From Gammaproteobacteria bacterium (lineage in GTDB: Bacteria; Pseudomonadota; Gammaproteobacteria; CBDBNL01; JAAOII01), in NCBI GenBank assembly GCA_965207705.1, contig OZ242292.1, positions 1,637,276 through 1,701,275 of the forward strand: a DNA stretch of 64,000 nt. Direction: 5' to 3'. Positions 9,380 through 17,803 of this stretch are shown here, piece after piece. The notes beneath the pieces were generated by a model. It searched no databases. It saw nothing but the letters and a program-made list of their open reading frames with translations, and had not been told where the DNA came from. The translations under genes were made by a program, and so were the position numbers. The stretch's first letter is position 1; every line of letters starts with the position of its first letter.

Positions 9380-10518
9380 TGAGTACTAATATTCTACGCC
9401 GTGACCGTTTTATAAAAAGGTCTTTTATTGCTCGGTTAACTCGTATTGAATCAACTAACCTTGATATCCCCTTAGTGCTGTTGCTTGCGCTCCTTATGGT
9501 TATTAGTTTGTTCACTATATATAGTGCCAGTGGAGGCAATATAATATTAGTATCCAAGCAAGCAATATTTTTTGTACTCGGCTTTGTTATAATGTTTACA
9601 GTGGCAAGGTTTGAGATATATCATTTTCGCAGATTTGCTTTTATTCTGTATATTGCCGGGCTATTTTTATTAATCCTAACGTTATTTATTGGGCCCGAGA
9701 TAAATGGTTCTAAACGTTGGATTAATCTTGGCTTGGTTAATTTTCAGCCAGCAGAATATATGAAAATAGTTCTGCCATTAACTATCTGCTGGCTGCTAAC
9801 CTACAAGCCCCTTCCCATTAGTTGGTATCAATTAGCTGCCATAATATGTGTAGTTTTTGTTCCAGTTGCTTTGGTGTTTTTACAGCCAGATTTAGGGACG
9901 GCGATAATCATAGTATCTTCCGCCGCCTGCCTCATTTTTCTTGCTGGCATACGGATGAAAATAGTTGTGCCTATGTTAATTATTTTTGCTGCGAGTTTGC
10001 CTTTGGCTTGGCGTTACATTTTGCTTGATTATCATAAGAAGAGAATACTTTCTTTTGTTGACCCAGATTCCGACCCATTGGGTTCTGGTTGGAGCTTAAT
10101 TCAATCCAAGATAGCTGTGGGAACTGGAGGGGTGTTTGGCAAGGGATGGGGTAATAGTGATCAAGCTAACTATGAGTTCTTGCCCGAGACCCATACAGAT
10201 TTTATTTTCTCAGTATTTGCGGAAGAGAATGGTCTTTTAGGGGTTTTGTTATTATTATCAATTTACTTTTTAGTTATTATTCGCAGCTTTTATATTGCCA
10301 TGCAAGCAAGGGATTCATTTGAAAAGCTATTCTGTGGAGGTTTGATTTTTATTTTTTCCAGCTATATACTTATTAATATAGGAATGGTTACAGGTTTGCT
10401 GCCCATAGTGGGAGTTCCCTTGCCTTTGATAAGTTATGGCGGAACTTCTTTGGTTACTGCTATGGGGGCGTTTGGTATCCTTATGTCGGTTGCAGTTCAT
10501 AGTCACAAGGTAACATAA
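9379..10518 (+). CDS. mrdB: peptidoglycan glycosyltransferase RodA (SEDS family)
   Basis: 379 aa polytopic FtsW/RodA/SpoVE-family protein immediately after mrdA, overlapping its stop. Confidence 0.92.
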   Translation: MSTNILRRDRFIKRSFIARLTRIESTNLDIPLVLLLALLMVISLFTIYSASGGNIILVSKQAIFFVLGFVIMFTVARFEIYHFRRFAFILYIAGLFLLILTLFIGPEINGSKRWINLGLVNFQPAEYMKIVLPLTICWLLTYKPLPISWYQLAAIICVVFVPVALVFLQPDLGTAIIIVSSAACLIFLAGIRMKIVVPMLIIFAASLPLAWRYILLDYHKKRILSFVDPDSDPLGSGWSLIQSKIAVGTGGVFGKGWGNSDQANYEFLPETHTDFIFSVFAEENGLLGVLLLLSIYFLVIIRSFYIAMQARDSFEKLFCGGLIFIFSSYILINIGMVTGLLPIVGVPLPLISYGGTSLVTAMGAFGILMSVAVHSHKVT

Positions 10519-10544
10519 ATTTACTTGTTCCTCTCTTGCGACGC

Positions 10545-10876
10545 AATTCTGGTATGTTGCTTGAATTCACGACGCATTTCTGGTATGGTGTTTGAACGAA
10601 CGATGATGGTCTGTAGGGGCGGAGCTGCGCTCCGCCCGCAAAATGCATAATACTCGCGACAAACCATCAGCATGCTCGCATCGCTCTGCCCGCAAAATGC
10701 ATAACACTCGCGACAAACCCTCGCTATGCTCGCGACCTTCTTATATGTGATGCATAAATTCTTGCGACACCCGTTTGATATAATGCATAAATTCTTGCAA
10801 CACAGGTCTGTAGGGGCGGAGCTGTGCTCCGCCCGCAAAATGTATAATACTCGCGACAAACTCTCGGCATGCTCGC
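10545..10876. repeat. composite REP cluster: two full hairpin cores (10608-10660, 10802-10855), one core-less tail unit and a 27-bp tandem repeat (10549-10604)
   Basis: GGTCTGTAGGGGCGGAGCTGCGCTCCGCCCGCAAAATGCATAATACTCGCGACAAACC occurs twice, with a partial copy in between. Direct repeats CGACGCAATTCTGGTATGTTGCTTGAA and CGACGCATTTCTGGTATGGTGTTTGAA are also present. A 112-aa minus-strand ORF here is an artefact of the repeats. Confidence 0.85.
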
Positions 10877-10924
10877 CTTATTTATTAATTTATTATTAAG
10901 AATTATTTTATAATAACTGTAGTT

Positions 10925-12208
10925 ATGAATATAAGAACATTATCCAAAGTCCCTAGTATTGGAGTAGCGTATGCAAGTAACTCTTTTATAAACAGCCCAG
11001 TTATAAACAGCTCGTCTCAAGAATCAGCAAAATATTTTTTACAAAATCAATTACCAAATGCTGAGTATCATCTTATTCCTAAGTCAGAGCTTATCAAAAA
11101 TAAAAGTGTTTTTATTGCTGAGGTGCTAGGTGATAGCATGGAAAAATTTAATATATATAGCGGTGATGCTGTTTTATTCGAAAAAAATAAAAAAGTAGAA
11201 AATGGTGATATCGTAATAATGGAAATCCAGGGTAATTTATTAATTAAACAGTACAAAGAAACTAAAGAATACATACATATATATTCTCATGACAAAGATA
11301 AAGTTAATAAAATTAAAAAAGATAGAGTTAAAATTATTGGTAAAGTATTTAATATTATTGAGTTGGCAGAAAGAAAAGAAGAAACAGCGCAAATCCCTAA
11401 ACTCGTAACAAATCAAATTGTTCATAGCGAAGCAATTAAATTTATGAAACAGCTGCCAGAACATTCAATTGATTTGACAGTAACATCTCCCCCTTATGAT
11501 AATTTACGCAGCTATGATGGCTATAACTTTGATTTTGAAGGCATTGCAACAGAATTATTTAGAGTTACCAATAAAGGGGGTGTGTTGGTTTGGGTTGTGG
11601 GCGACAAAATAAAAAATGGAAGTAAAACATTAACCAGTTTCAGGCAGGCAATTACTTTTCAAGAACTGGGGTTTTGTGTGCATGATATCATGATATATAA
11701 GAAGAAAAATACACCATTCATGCGTTCTAACGGATACACTAACTGCTTTGAATTTATGCTGGTATTAGGTAAAGGGAAACCAAAAACATTTAATCCAATT
11801 AAAATCAAGACAGTTAGACAAGGGTTAGAGTTACTGACTCATAACAAAGGTCCTGATGGTATAAATAAAAAAACCTTGGCTATGCTAAATAGCAAGAAAA
11901 CCAAAACTAATATTTGGGAATATGCTGTTGGCTTACATGGATCAACTAGTGATAAAGAGGCGTTTCAACACCCAGCCATATTCCCCGAGCAATTGGCAGA
12001 GGATCATATATTATCTTGGAGTAAGCCAGGTGACCTAGTATTTGATCCAATGTGCGGTTCTGGGACAACTTGTAAAATGGCAGCTAAGCATAAAAGACGC
12101 TATTTGGGATGTGATATTTCTTATAAATATGTGGCAATAGCAAGGAATAGAATAAAGGTAGTGGAGGATGCTTTATCTTTGTTTGATGAATTGGATGGCC
12201 CTTCTTAA
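10925..12208 (+). CDS. fusion protein of an N-terminal LexA/UmuD-like S24 peptidase domain and a C-terminal beta-class DNA N4/N6 methyltransferase (orphan; SPPY motif suggests N4-cytosine or N6-adenine)
   Basis: aa about 60-150 carry the S24 signature (VLGDSMEKF...GDAVLF...NGDIVIMEIQGNLLIKQYK...VKIIGKVFNI, with Ser in GDSM and Lys in LIKQ). aa about 170-425 carry DNA methylase N-4/N-6 motifs in beta order: motif IV DLTVTSPPY, then HPAIFPEQL, then motif I FDPMCGSGTT. The gene is strongly AT-rich relative to its neighbours, and no restriction endonuclease gene is adjacent. Confidence 0.7.
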   Translation: MNIRTLSKVPSIGVAYASNSFINSPVINSSSQESAKYFLQNQLPNAEYHLIPKSELIKNKSVFIAEVLGDSMEKFNIYSGDAVLFEKNKKVENGDIVIMEIQGNLLIKQYKETKEYIHIYSHDKDKVNKIKKDRVKIIGKVFNIIELAERKEETAQIPKLVTNQIVHSEAIKFMKQLPEHSIDLTVTSPPYDNLRSYDGYNFDFEGIATELFRVTNKGGVLVWVVGDKIKNGSKTLTSFRQAITFQELGFCVHDIMIYKKKNTPFMRSNGYTNCFEFMLVLGKGKPKTFNPIKIKTVRQGLELLTHNKGPDGINKKTLAMLNSKKTKTNIWEYAVGLHGSTSDKEAFQHPAIFPEQLAEDHILSWSKPGDLVFDPMCGSGTTCKMAAKHKRRYLGCDISYKYVAIARNRIKVVEDALSLFDELDGPS

Positions 12209-12261
12209 TATTTGTGAATCTTCATCAGTATAGTATATAAAATAGCAATGCAGGTTTTAAA

Positions 12262-12346
12262 CTTGCGACGGTGGTCTGTAGGGGCGGAAGCATATATACC
12301 CCCCTTGGCTCCGCTCGCATCGTACTTATGTATAATACTTGCAATG
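12262..12346. repeat. REP-like element, degenerate, with an insertion in the loop
   Basis: CTTGCGACGGTGGTCTGTAGGGGCGGAAGCATATATACCCCCCTTGGCTCCGCTCGC...TATAATACTTGC matches the REP core with a loop insertion related to the CTATATTCATCCCCC module. Confidence 0.7.
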
Positions 12347-12368
12347 TACTCTATTTACTACAACAAAT

Positions 12369-13014
12369 TATGAAAATACAACTATACTCAGACCGCACCC
12401 CCAACGGCTGGAAGATTGAAATAATGCTCAAAGAGTTGGGCATTGATTACGACTTCCACCATATTGACATAACCACAGGAGACCAGTTTGGCAAAGAGTT
12501 TCTGGCAGTAAGTCCAAACAATAAAATACCCGCTATTATTGATCCGCAGGGTCCTGACAATAAAGAAATATCTCTTTTTGAATCAGGCGCTATCCTCATA
12601 TACCTGGCAGAGAATTATAAAAGCCCTTTATTGCCACAAGAGCCGCGTCTAAAATACGAGACCTTAGTTTGGTTAATGTTTCAGATGGGTGGCATAGGTC
12701 CCTTTCTTGGTCAAGCCCATCATTTTATCCGCGCTGCCCCCCAGAAAATTGATTATGCAATTACAAGATATGTAAATGAGGCATCGCGTCTTTACAAGGT
12801 TATGGATAATCGCTTGGCGGAGCATCCGTATCTGGCTGCTGATGACTATACTATTGCAGATATTGCTTGTTTTCCTTGGATTTTCTCTCATCAATGGCAA
12901 CATCAGAATCTTGATGATTTCCCCAACCTACAAAAATGGTATACAGCCATTGAAAGCCGTCCTGCAGTTAGGCAGGTTTTTAAGGATATACCCCAACGTG
13001 AGTTAACCCCGTAG
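12369..13014 (+). CDS. yfcG: Nu-class glutathione S-transferase (YfcG/YghU-like disulfide reductase type)
   Basis: Collinear similarity to E. coli YfcG (TPNGWKI...SPNNKIPAIIDP...LFESGAILIYLAE...WLMFQMGGIGPFLGQAHHF...IADIACFPW). The ORF-track start at 12271 lies inside a REP element, so the ATG at 12369 (MKIQLY) is preferred. Confidence 0.85.
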
Positions 13015-13021
13015 GGGACAT

Positions 13022-13170
13022 TGTCGCGAGCTTTATACATTTTGCGGGCGGAGCGCAGCTCCGCCCCTACAGACCTATGTCGCAAGAATTCAAACAACAT
13101 ATCAAATGGGAGTCGCAAGAATTCAAACAACATATCAAATGGGCGTCGCAAGAATTTATGCGTCATAAAT
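13022..13170. repeat. REP element in reverse orientation followed by 2.6 tandem copies of a 33-bp unit
   Basis: GTCGCGAGCTTTATACATTTTGCGGGCGGAGCGCAGCTCCGCCCCTACAGACC is the reverse complement of the REP core. After it, GTCGCAAGAATTCAAACAACATATCAAATGGG(A/C) occurs twice, then a truncated copy. A 68-aa plus-strand ORF here is a repeat artefact. Confidence 0.85.
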
Positions 13171-13198
13171 CACCAAATATCTCGTATAATAAATCATT

Positions 13199-13870
13199 AT
13201 GAAGATATACGAATTAAGCTCTGCTGACGGCACACTGTTCAGCCCGCCATGTTGGCGCACTCGCTTGGCTTTGGAGCTATTGGACCTGGATTACCAGTCA
13301 ATGCCCATCCCATTCACCAAAATTAAGGATGTAGATGAAGGTCAATTTACTACAGTTCCTATTATGCAAAATGAATCTGTCATAATGAATGATTCGTTCA
13401 ATATAGCGGAATATCTTAATACTACTTATGCCATTCGCGCCAAACTATTCGCTTCTGCTGCTGAAAAGGCGCAAGCAATATTCATGCAAAAGATTATGGA
13501 CCACATCCATCAGCTAACTGGCAAGGCATTGTTGTATGATGTTTTTGAGGCGGTTGCTGATGAAGATAAGGAATACTTTCGCGCTTCACGTGAGAAGAAA
13601 ATAGGTAAAACACTTGAAGAGATTAAACCACTTAAGGACGCAACAATTGAGGCAATGCTAACTGCTTATGCCAACCTTGAAGGATACGCAGCGGGAAATG
13701 ATTTTTGGGGCGGGGACAAGCCAAACTATGCGGATATTACTATCTTGTCTCATCTACAACTGCCAGCGCAGATAGGCGGCACTAAAATCCTTGAGGCGCT
13801 GCCTAATATAAAAAGTTGGACTGAAAAATGCGCCAAACACCTGCCTTCGGTTGGGCTGTGGAATAAATAG
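13199..13870 (+). CDS. glutathione S-transferase family protein
   Basis: 223 aa with a thioredoxin-like GST N-domain (Cys-containing SPPCWRTRLALELL, VPIMQ) and an alpha-helical GST C-domain. The subclass is not assignable from the sequence alone. Confidence 0.6.
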   Translation: MKIYELSSADGTLFSPPCWRTRLALELLDLDYQSMPIPFTKIKDVDEGQFTTVPIMQNESVIMNDSFNIAEYLNTTYAIRAKLFASAAEKAQAIFMQKIMDHIHQLTGKALLYDVFEAVADEDKEYFRASREKKIGKTLEEIKPLKDATIEAMLTAYANLEGYAAGNDFWGGDKPNYADITILSHLQLPAQIGGTKILEALPNIKSWTEKCAKHLPSVGLWNK

Positions 13871-13954
13871 TTGAATAAATAGCGGAATAAATAATGAAAT
13901 CAATAATAGCATCAATAGTAATACCAGTAATAGAGACAAATTAATTTATCTTCT

Positions 13955-15178
13955 ATGGATTTAGCTTATATAGATTCGCATCGCAAGGATTATGTTAAAT
14001 GGAGGCATCATCTTCATCGCCATCCTGAGTTATCGTTTCAAGAACATAGTACCGCAGATTTTATTTGCGCTAGGTTAGAAGAGTTTGGCGTCTTATATCA
14101 TAGGTTAGGCAGCGCTGGATTAGGCATAGTAGGGGTGGTAAACAAGTCGGCGGGCGAAAATAATGTAGCGAATAACGCGGCTAACAATGCAACTAACAAC
14201 GCGGCTAACAATACACCTAACAATGCCACACAAGATGCTATAGGTTTACGCGCTGATATTGACGCTTTACCTATAGTTGAGAATAACACTTTTGCTCATC
14301 ACTCTGTAAACGAAGGAGTCATGCATGCCTGCGGACATGATGGACACACTGCGATGTTGTTGGGGGCAGCCCAATATGCTGCAGCGCATAGCGAGGAACT
14401 ACAACGTGACGTTTATTTCATTTTTCAGCCAGCAGAAGAGATGGGCGGCGGGGCTGCAAAGATGATAGAGGATGGTTTGTTTCAAAAGTTTAATATGCGC
14501 CAAGTTTATGGCTTGCATAACTGGCCTGGCTTGAATATAGGGGACTTTGCAATCTGTAAAGGACCTATTATGGCGGCAGTGGATTTCTTTGACATTACAA
14601 TAAGCGGAGGAGGCGGGCATGCAGCCATGCCGCAGCTGTTATCTGACACTGTGGTTACCGCAGCGCAGATTATAACTCAGCTACAAAGTGTCGTAAGCCG
14701 CAATACCGACCCAACCGATGCTTTGGTTATCAGCGTAACCTCAATTAAAGGAGGAGATGCATACAATGTCATACCTTCCGAGGTGCTTTTAAAAGGGACA
14801 ATCCGCTATTTCAATAAGGAGGTGCGCGAGCAAGCCCTGGAGAGAATACACGCGGTGCTTACCGCCAACTGCTCCTGCAACGGACTAAAGTTTGAGTTTG
14901 ATTCTCACACTACCACAGCTGCTACTATCAATCATGAACAAGAGGTTGAACTCGCAGCGCGGGCGGCGCAAAACATTAGTAAAGGCAGGGTATTGCGTGA
15001 CATTAGCCCTAGCATGGGAGGCGAGGATTTCGCTTATATGTTAGCAGAGAAACCAGGCGCTTATATTTGGATGGGTAATGGCGAGAGTGCATCTCTTCAC
15101 AACCCTAATTACGACTTTAACGATAATGCTTTAGTGCCAGGAGTTAAATACTGGCTTTCTGTTACAAACATCACATAA
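13955..15178 (+). CDS. M20D-family amidohydrolase (hippurate hydrolase / N-acyl-amino acid amidohydrolase type) with an Asn/Ala-rich insertion
   Basis: The HPELSFQE, MHACGHDGH and GGGAAKMIEDG motifs of the M20/M40 aminoacylase family are present. A low-complexity insert NNVANNAANNATNNAANNTPNNATQ lies at aa about 68-92. Confidence 0.85.
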   Translation: MDLAYIDSHRKDYVKWRHHLHRHPELSFQEHSTADFICARLEEFGVLYHRLGSAGLGIVGVVNKSAGENNVANNAANNATNNAANNTPNNATQDAIGLRADIDALPIVENNTFAHHSVNEGVMHACGHDGHTAMLLGAAQYAAAHSEELQRDVYFIFQPAEEMGGGAAKMIEDGLFQKFNMRQVYGLHNWPGLNIGDFAICKGPIMAAVDFFDITISGGGGHAAMPQLLSDTVVTAAQIITQLQSVVSRNTDPTDALVISVTSIKGGDAYNVIPSEVLLKGTIRYFNKEVREQALERIHAVLTANCSCNGLKFEFDSHTTTAATINHEQEVELAARAAQNISKGRVLRDISPSMGGEDFAYMLAEKPGAYIWMGNGESASLHNPNYDFNDNALVPGVKYWLSVTNIT

Positions 15179-15196
15179 AAATTTAAATTAAATACT

Positions 15197-16015
15197 ATGT
15201 CCTTCATTTATGGCTTCAGCTATCACTTTGCTCTTTATGGCATAACTTTATTATTTAGTATATTCGCCGCTTCTTTTTATTATTTTATTCCTTCATCTAA
15301 ACCATGGTTGATGCCAAAAGTCCACGGTTTTATTTGCTGGATGTTACTTGGGTCAGCAAGAGTAAAACTGGAAGTTCATGGCAAAGAACACTTTGATAAG
15401 ATGCAAGATGGCTCGTATCTTTTGGTATGTAATCATGTAACCACTATGGATCCGCCCATTCTTATGCACGCGCTGAATAAATATGATATGAGGTATGTTT
15501 ATAGTTTGAGAGCGGCGCACCGAATACCTGTTATAGGCAAGTGGATTGGTTTTGCCTTTGATGCTATGGGTTGGATTAGTATCAAACACGATGACTCAGA
15601 AGGTACGGCATTGAAAAAGGTCTTGAATGCAGGGCGTAGGCAACAACGTCAGGGGATACCTCTGCACATGGGTATTTTCCCCGAAGGAGTGAGGACTCAT
15701 GACGGAAAGATTAGTGATTTTCAGGATGGGGCATTTTATTTATCGTTGATGTTAGGGCTGCCAATAATACCTGTGATGCTACAAGGAGTTCATTCGGTGC
15801 ATCAATATCAGTCGTTAAAAATTAATCCTGGCACGATTGGAGTTCAGGTTTTACCACCGATACAACCGCCTAAGGTAGAGAAAGGGCACGGTAATCTAAG
15901 AAGACAAGCAACGCAACTACACGATGAAGTGGAGAAAATGTATAAAAGTGTTCCTAACCTCAATCATGATCCGAATGCTTACAGAAAATATAAAGGGGAT
16001 AATCCGGCTAACTAA
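15197..16015 (+). CDS. PlsC-family lysophospholipid (1-acyl-sn-glycerol-3-phosphate) acyltransferase
   Basis: It has an N-terminal TM segment, the HX4D motif (CNHVTTMD) and the FPEGVRT motif III. Confidence 0.75.
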   Translation: MSFIYGFSYHFALYGITLLFSIFAASFYYFIPSSKPWLMPKVHGFICWMLLGSARVKLEVHGKEHFDKMQDGSYLLVCNHVTTMDPPILMHALNKYDMRYVYSLRAAHRIPVIGKWIGFAFDAMGWISIKHDDSEGTALKKVLNAGRRQQRQGIPLHMGIFPEGVRTHDGKISDFQDGAFYLSLMLGLPIIPVMLQGVHSVHQYQSLKINPGTIGVQVLPPIQPPKVEKGHGNLRRQATQLHDEVEKMYKSVPNLNHDPNAYRKYKGDNPAN

Positions 16016-16020
16016 TTTAT

Positions 16021-17514
16021 ATGAATGACGATATTTCAACTGAAGAAAGCATAATTCAACAACGGAGAGAAGAATTACAAAATCTTAGAGAAAGTTCTTG
16101 GAAGTTTCCTAATGATTTTCGCCGCAATATAGCGGCGCAGGAATTACATACTCAATATGATGATTGCGACAACGAGCAATTACAGAAACAAGAAACACAG
16201 TATAAAATTGCTGGGCGCATAGTCCTCAAACGAGCGATGGGCAAGGCATCTTTTATTACCCTGCAGGATTATAGCGGCAGAATTCAGGCATATATCCGTC
16301 AGGATAGAATAGGGGAGGAAGCATATCAGCAAACTCAACATTGGGACTTAGGCGATATAGTTGGAGTTACTGGCAAGGTGTTTAAGACCAAAACCAATGA
16401 GCTGACAATTCAAGTTGAAGCAGTTAATATGTTGGTTAAGTCGCTGCGTCCATTGCCGGATAAGTACCATGGCTTAACAGATACCGAGCAGCGTTATAGA
16501 AAACGTTATTTAGATTTAATGCTCAATCAAGACAATGCTGATATATTTCGTGGACGCAGTAAAATCATTACTGCTATCCGCGATTTTTTTATAAGCAAAC
16601 AATTCTTAGAGGTGGAGACACCTATGATGCATACTATTGCTGGCGGCGCTCTTGCCAAACCATTTGAGACATTTCACAACGCGCTGGGGGTAAAGATGTT
16701 TTTGCGCGTTGCTCCCGAGCTATTCTTAAAACGGCTATTGGTGGGTGGCTTTGAAAAGGTCTTTGAAATTAACCGCAACTTTCGTAATGAAGGGCTTTCT
16801 ACCAGACACAATCCCGAGTTCACGATGTTAGAGTTTTATGAGGCATACGCAGATTACAATGACTTTATTCTACTAATTGAAGATTTGCTTAGCAAACTAA
16901 CCATTGAATATTGCGGCAAGGATAACATCATATATAAGAAGAATGAAATATCCATGAGTAAGCCGTTCACAAAGATTACGCACGAGGATGCAGTGTTGCA
17001 ATATAATAAAAACCTTAATAAAGATGACTATGCTTCGCAGGACAAGATGCGCGACTATGCCACAACCCTGGGAATTAAACCTGACAGCGACTGGACACTG
17101 GGTAAACTACAAAATGAGGTTTTTGAAAAGAGCGTTGAAGAGAAACTATTGCAACCAACTTTTATCACCCAATATCCAGCGGATATTTCTCCTTTAGCAA
17201 GACGCAATGATAATGACCCGCATATTGCTGACAGGTTTGAGCTGTTCATTGGTGGCGCAGAAATTGCCAATGGCTTTTCCGAACTCAACGACCCTGAAGA
17301 GCAAGCAAGAGTGTTCAAGATGCAAGCGGCGGCGAAAGAAGGCGGTGATGAAGAGGCAATGCACTATGACGAAGATTACATAACCGCATTAGAGTATGGC
17401 ATGCCGCCAGCTGCAGGCGCTGGTATTGGTATTGACCGTCTGGTTATGCTGCTTACTAATAGCGATGCTATTCGTGATGTCTTACTCTTTCCCCACCTCA
17501 GACCCAAAGATTAA
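16021..17514 (+). CDS. lysS: lysyl-tRNA synthetase (class II)
   Basis: 497 aa with an OB-fold anticodon-binding domain and class II motifs (FRNEG, GGAEIANGFSELNDP, GIDRLVMLLT). Confidence 0.96.
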   Translation: MNDDISTEESIIQQRREELQNLRESSWKFPNDFRRNIAAQELHTQYDDCDNEQLQKQETQYKIAGRIVLKRAMGKASFITLQDYSGRIQAYIRQDRIGEEAYQQTQHWDLGDIVGVTGKVFKTKTNELTIQVEAVNMLVKSLRPLPDKYHGLTDTEQRYRKRYLDLMLNQDNADIFRGRSKIITAIRDFFISKQFLEVETPMMHTIAGGALAKPFETFHNALGVKMFLRVAPELFLKRLLVGGFEKVFEINRNFRNEGLSTRHNPEFTMLEFYEAYADYNDFILLIEDLLSKLTIEYCGKDNIIYKKNEISMSKPFTKITHEDAVLQYNKNLNKDDYASQDKMRDYATTLGIKPDSDWTLGKLQNEVFEKSVEEKLLQPTFITQYPADISPLARRNDNDPHIADRFELFIGGAEIANGFSELNDPEEQARVFKMQAAAKEGGDEEAMHYDEDYITALEYGMPPAAGAGIGIDRLVMLLTNSDAIRDVLLFPHLRPKD

Positions 17515-17803
17515 AGGCAGGGGATATAGAAGGGGGGTGTATAGAGGCGGCATGTTCAACTCATAGCAGCCAATATAGTCAAAAATATAACTAATAAATT
17601 TAATCCTTTAATTTACTTATAAGGTTGTTTTTTTGTTATAATTACCAAACCGCCACATAAGTCGGTTTTCAGCCCAGCGTAGAATATTTGTTTTTATGTT
17701 TATACAAGTTCCTAATACCTGCATTTACAAGCATGTATTTGCAATAGGATATTAGTATAAACATAATTTGATTTATTTATAACCAATATAAGGTAAAGGA
17801 ATT

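Noticed and set aside
10521-10859. 112-aa minus-strand ORF and the 68-aa plus-strand ORF at 13021-13227
   Set aside because: Both lie entirely within REP repeat arrays. Their peptide repeats (SAPTDLC...KNLC) are translations of the palindromic DNA repeats, and they have no RBS or domain. They are not genes.
12271-12368. N-terminal 33 codons of the GST ORF as given in the ORF track
   Set aside because: The extension is encoded by the REP element (MVCRGGSIYTP...). Homology to YfcG begins at the ATG at 12369.
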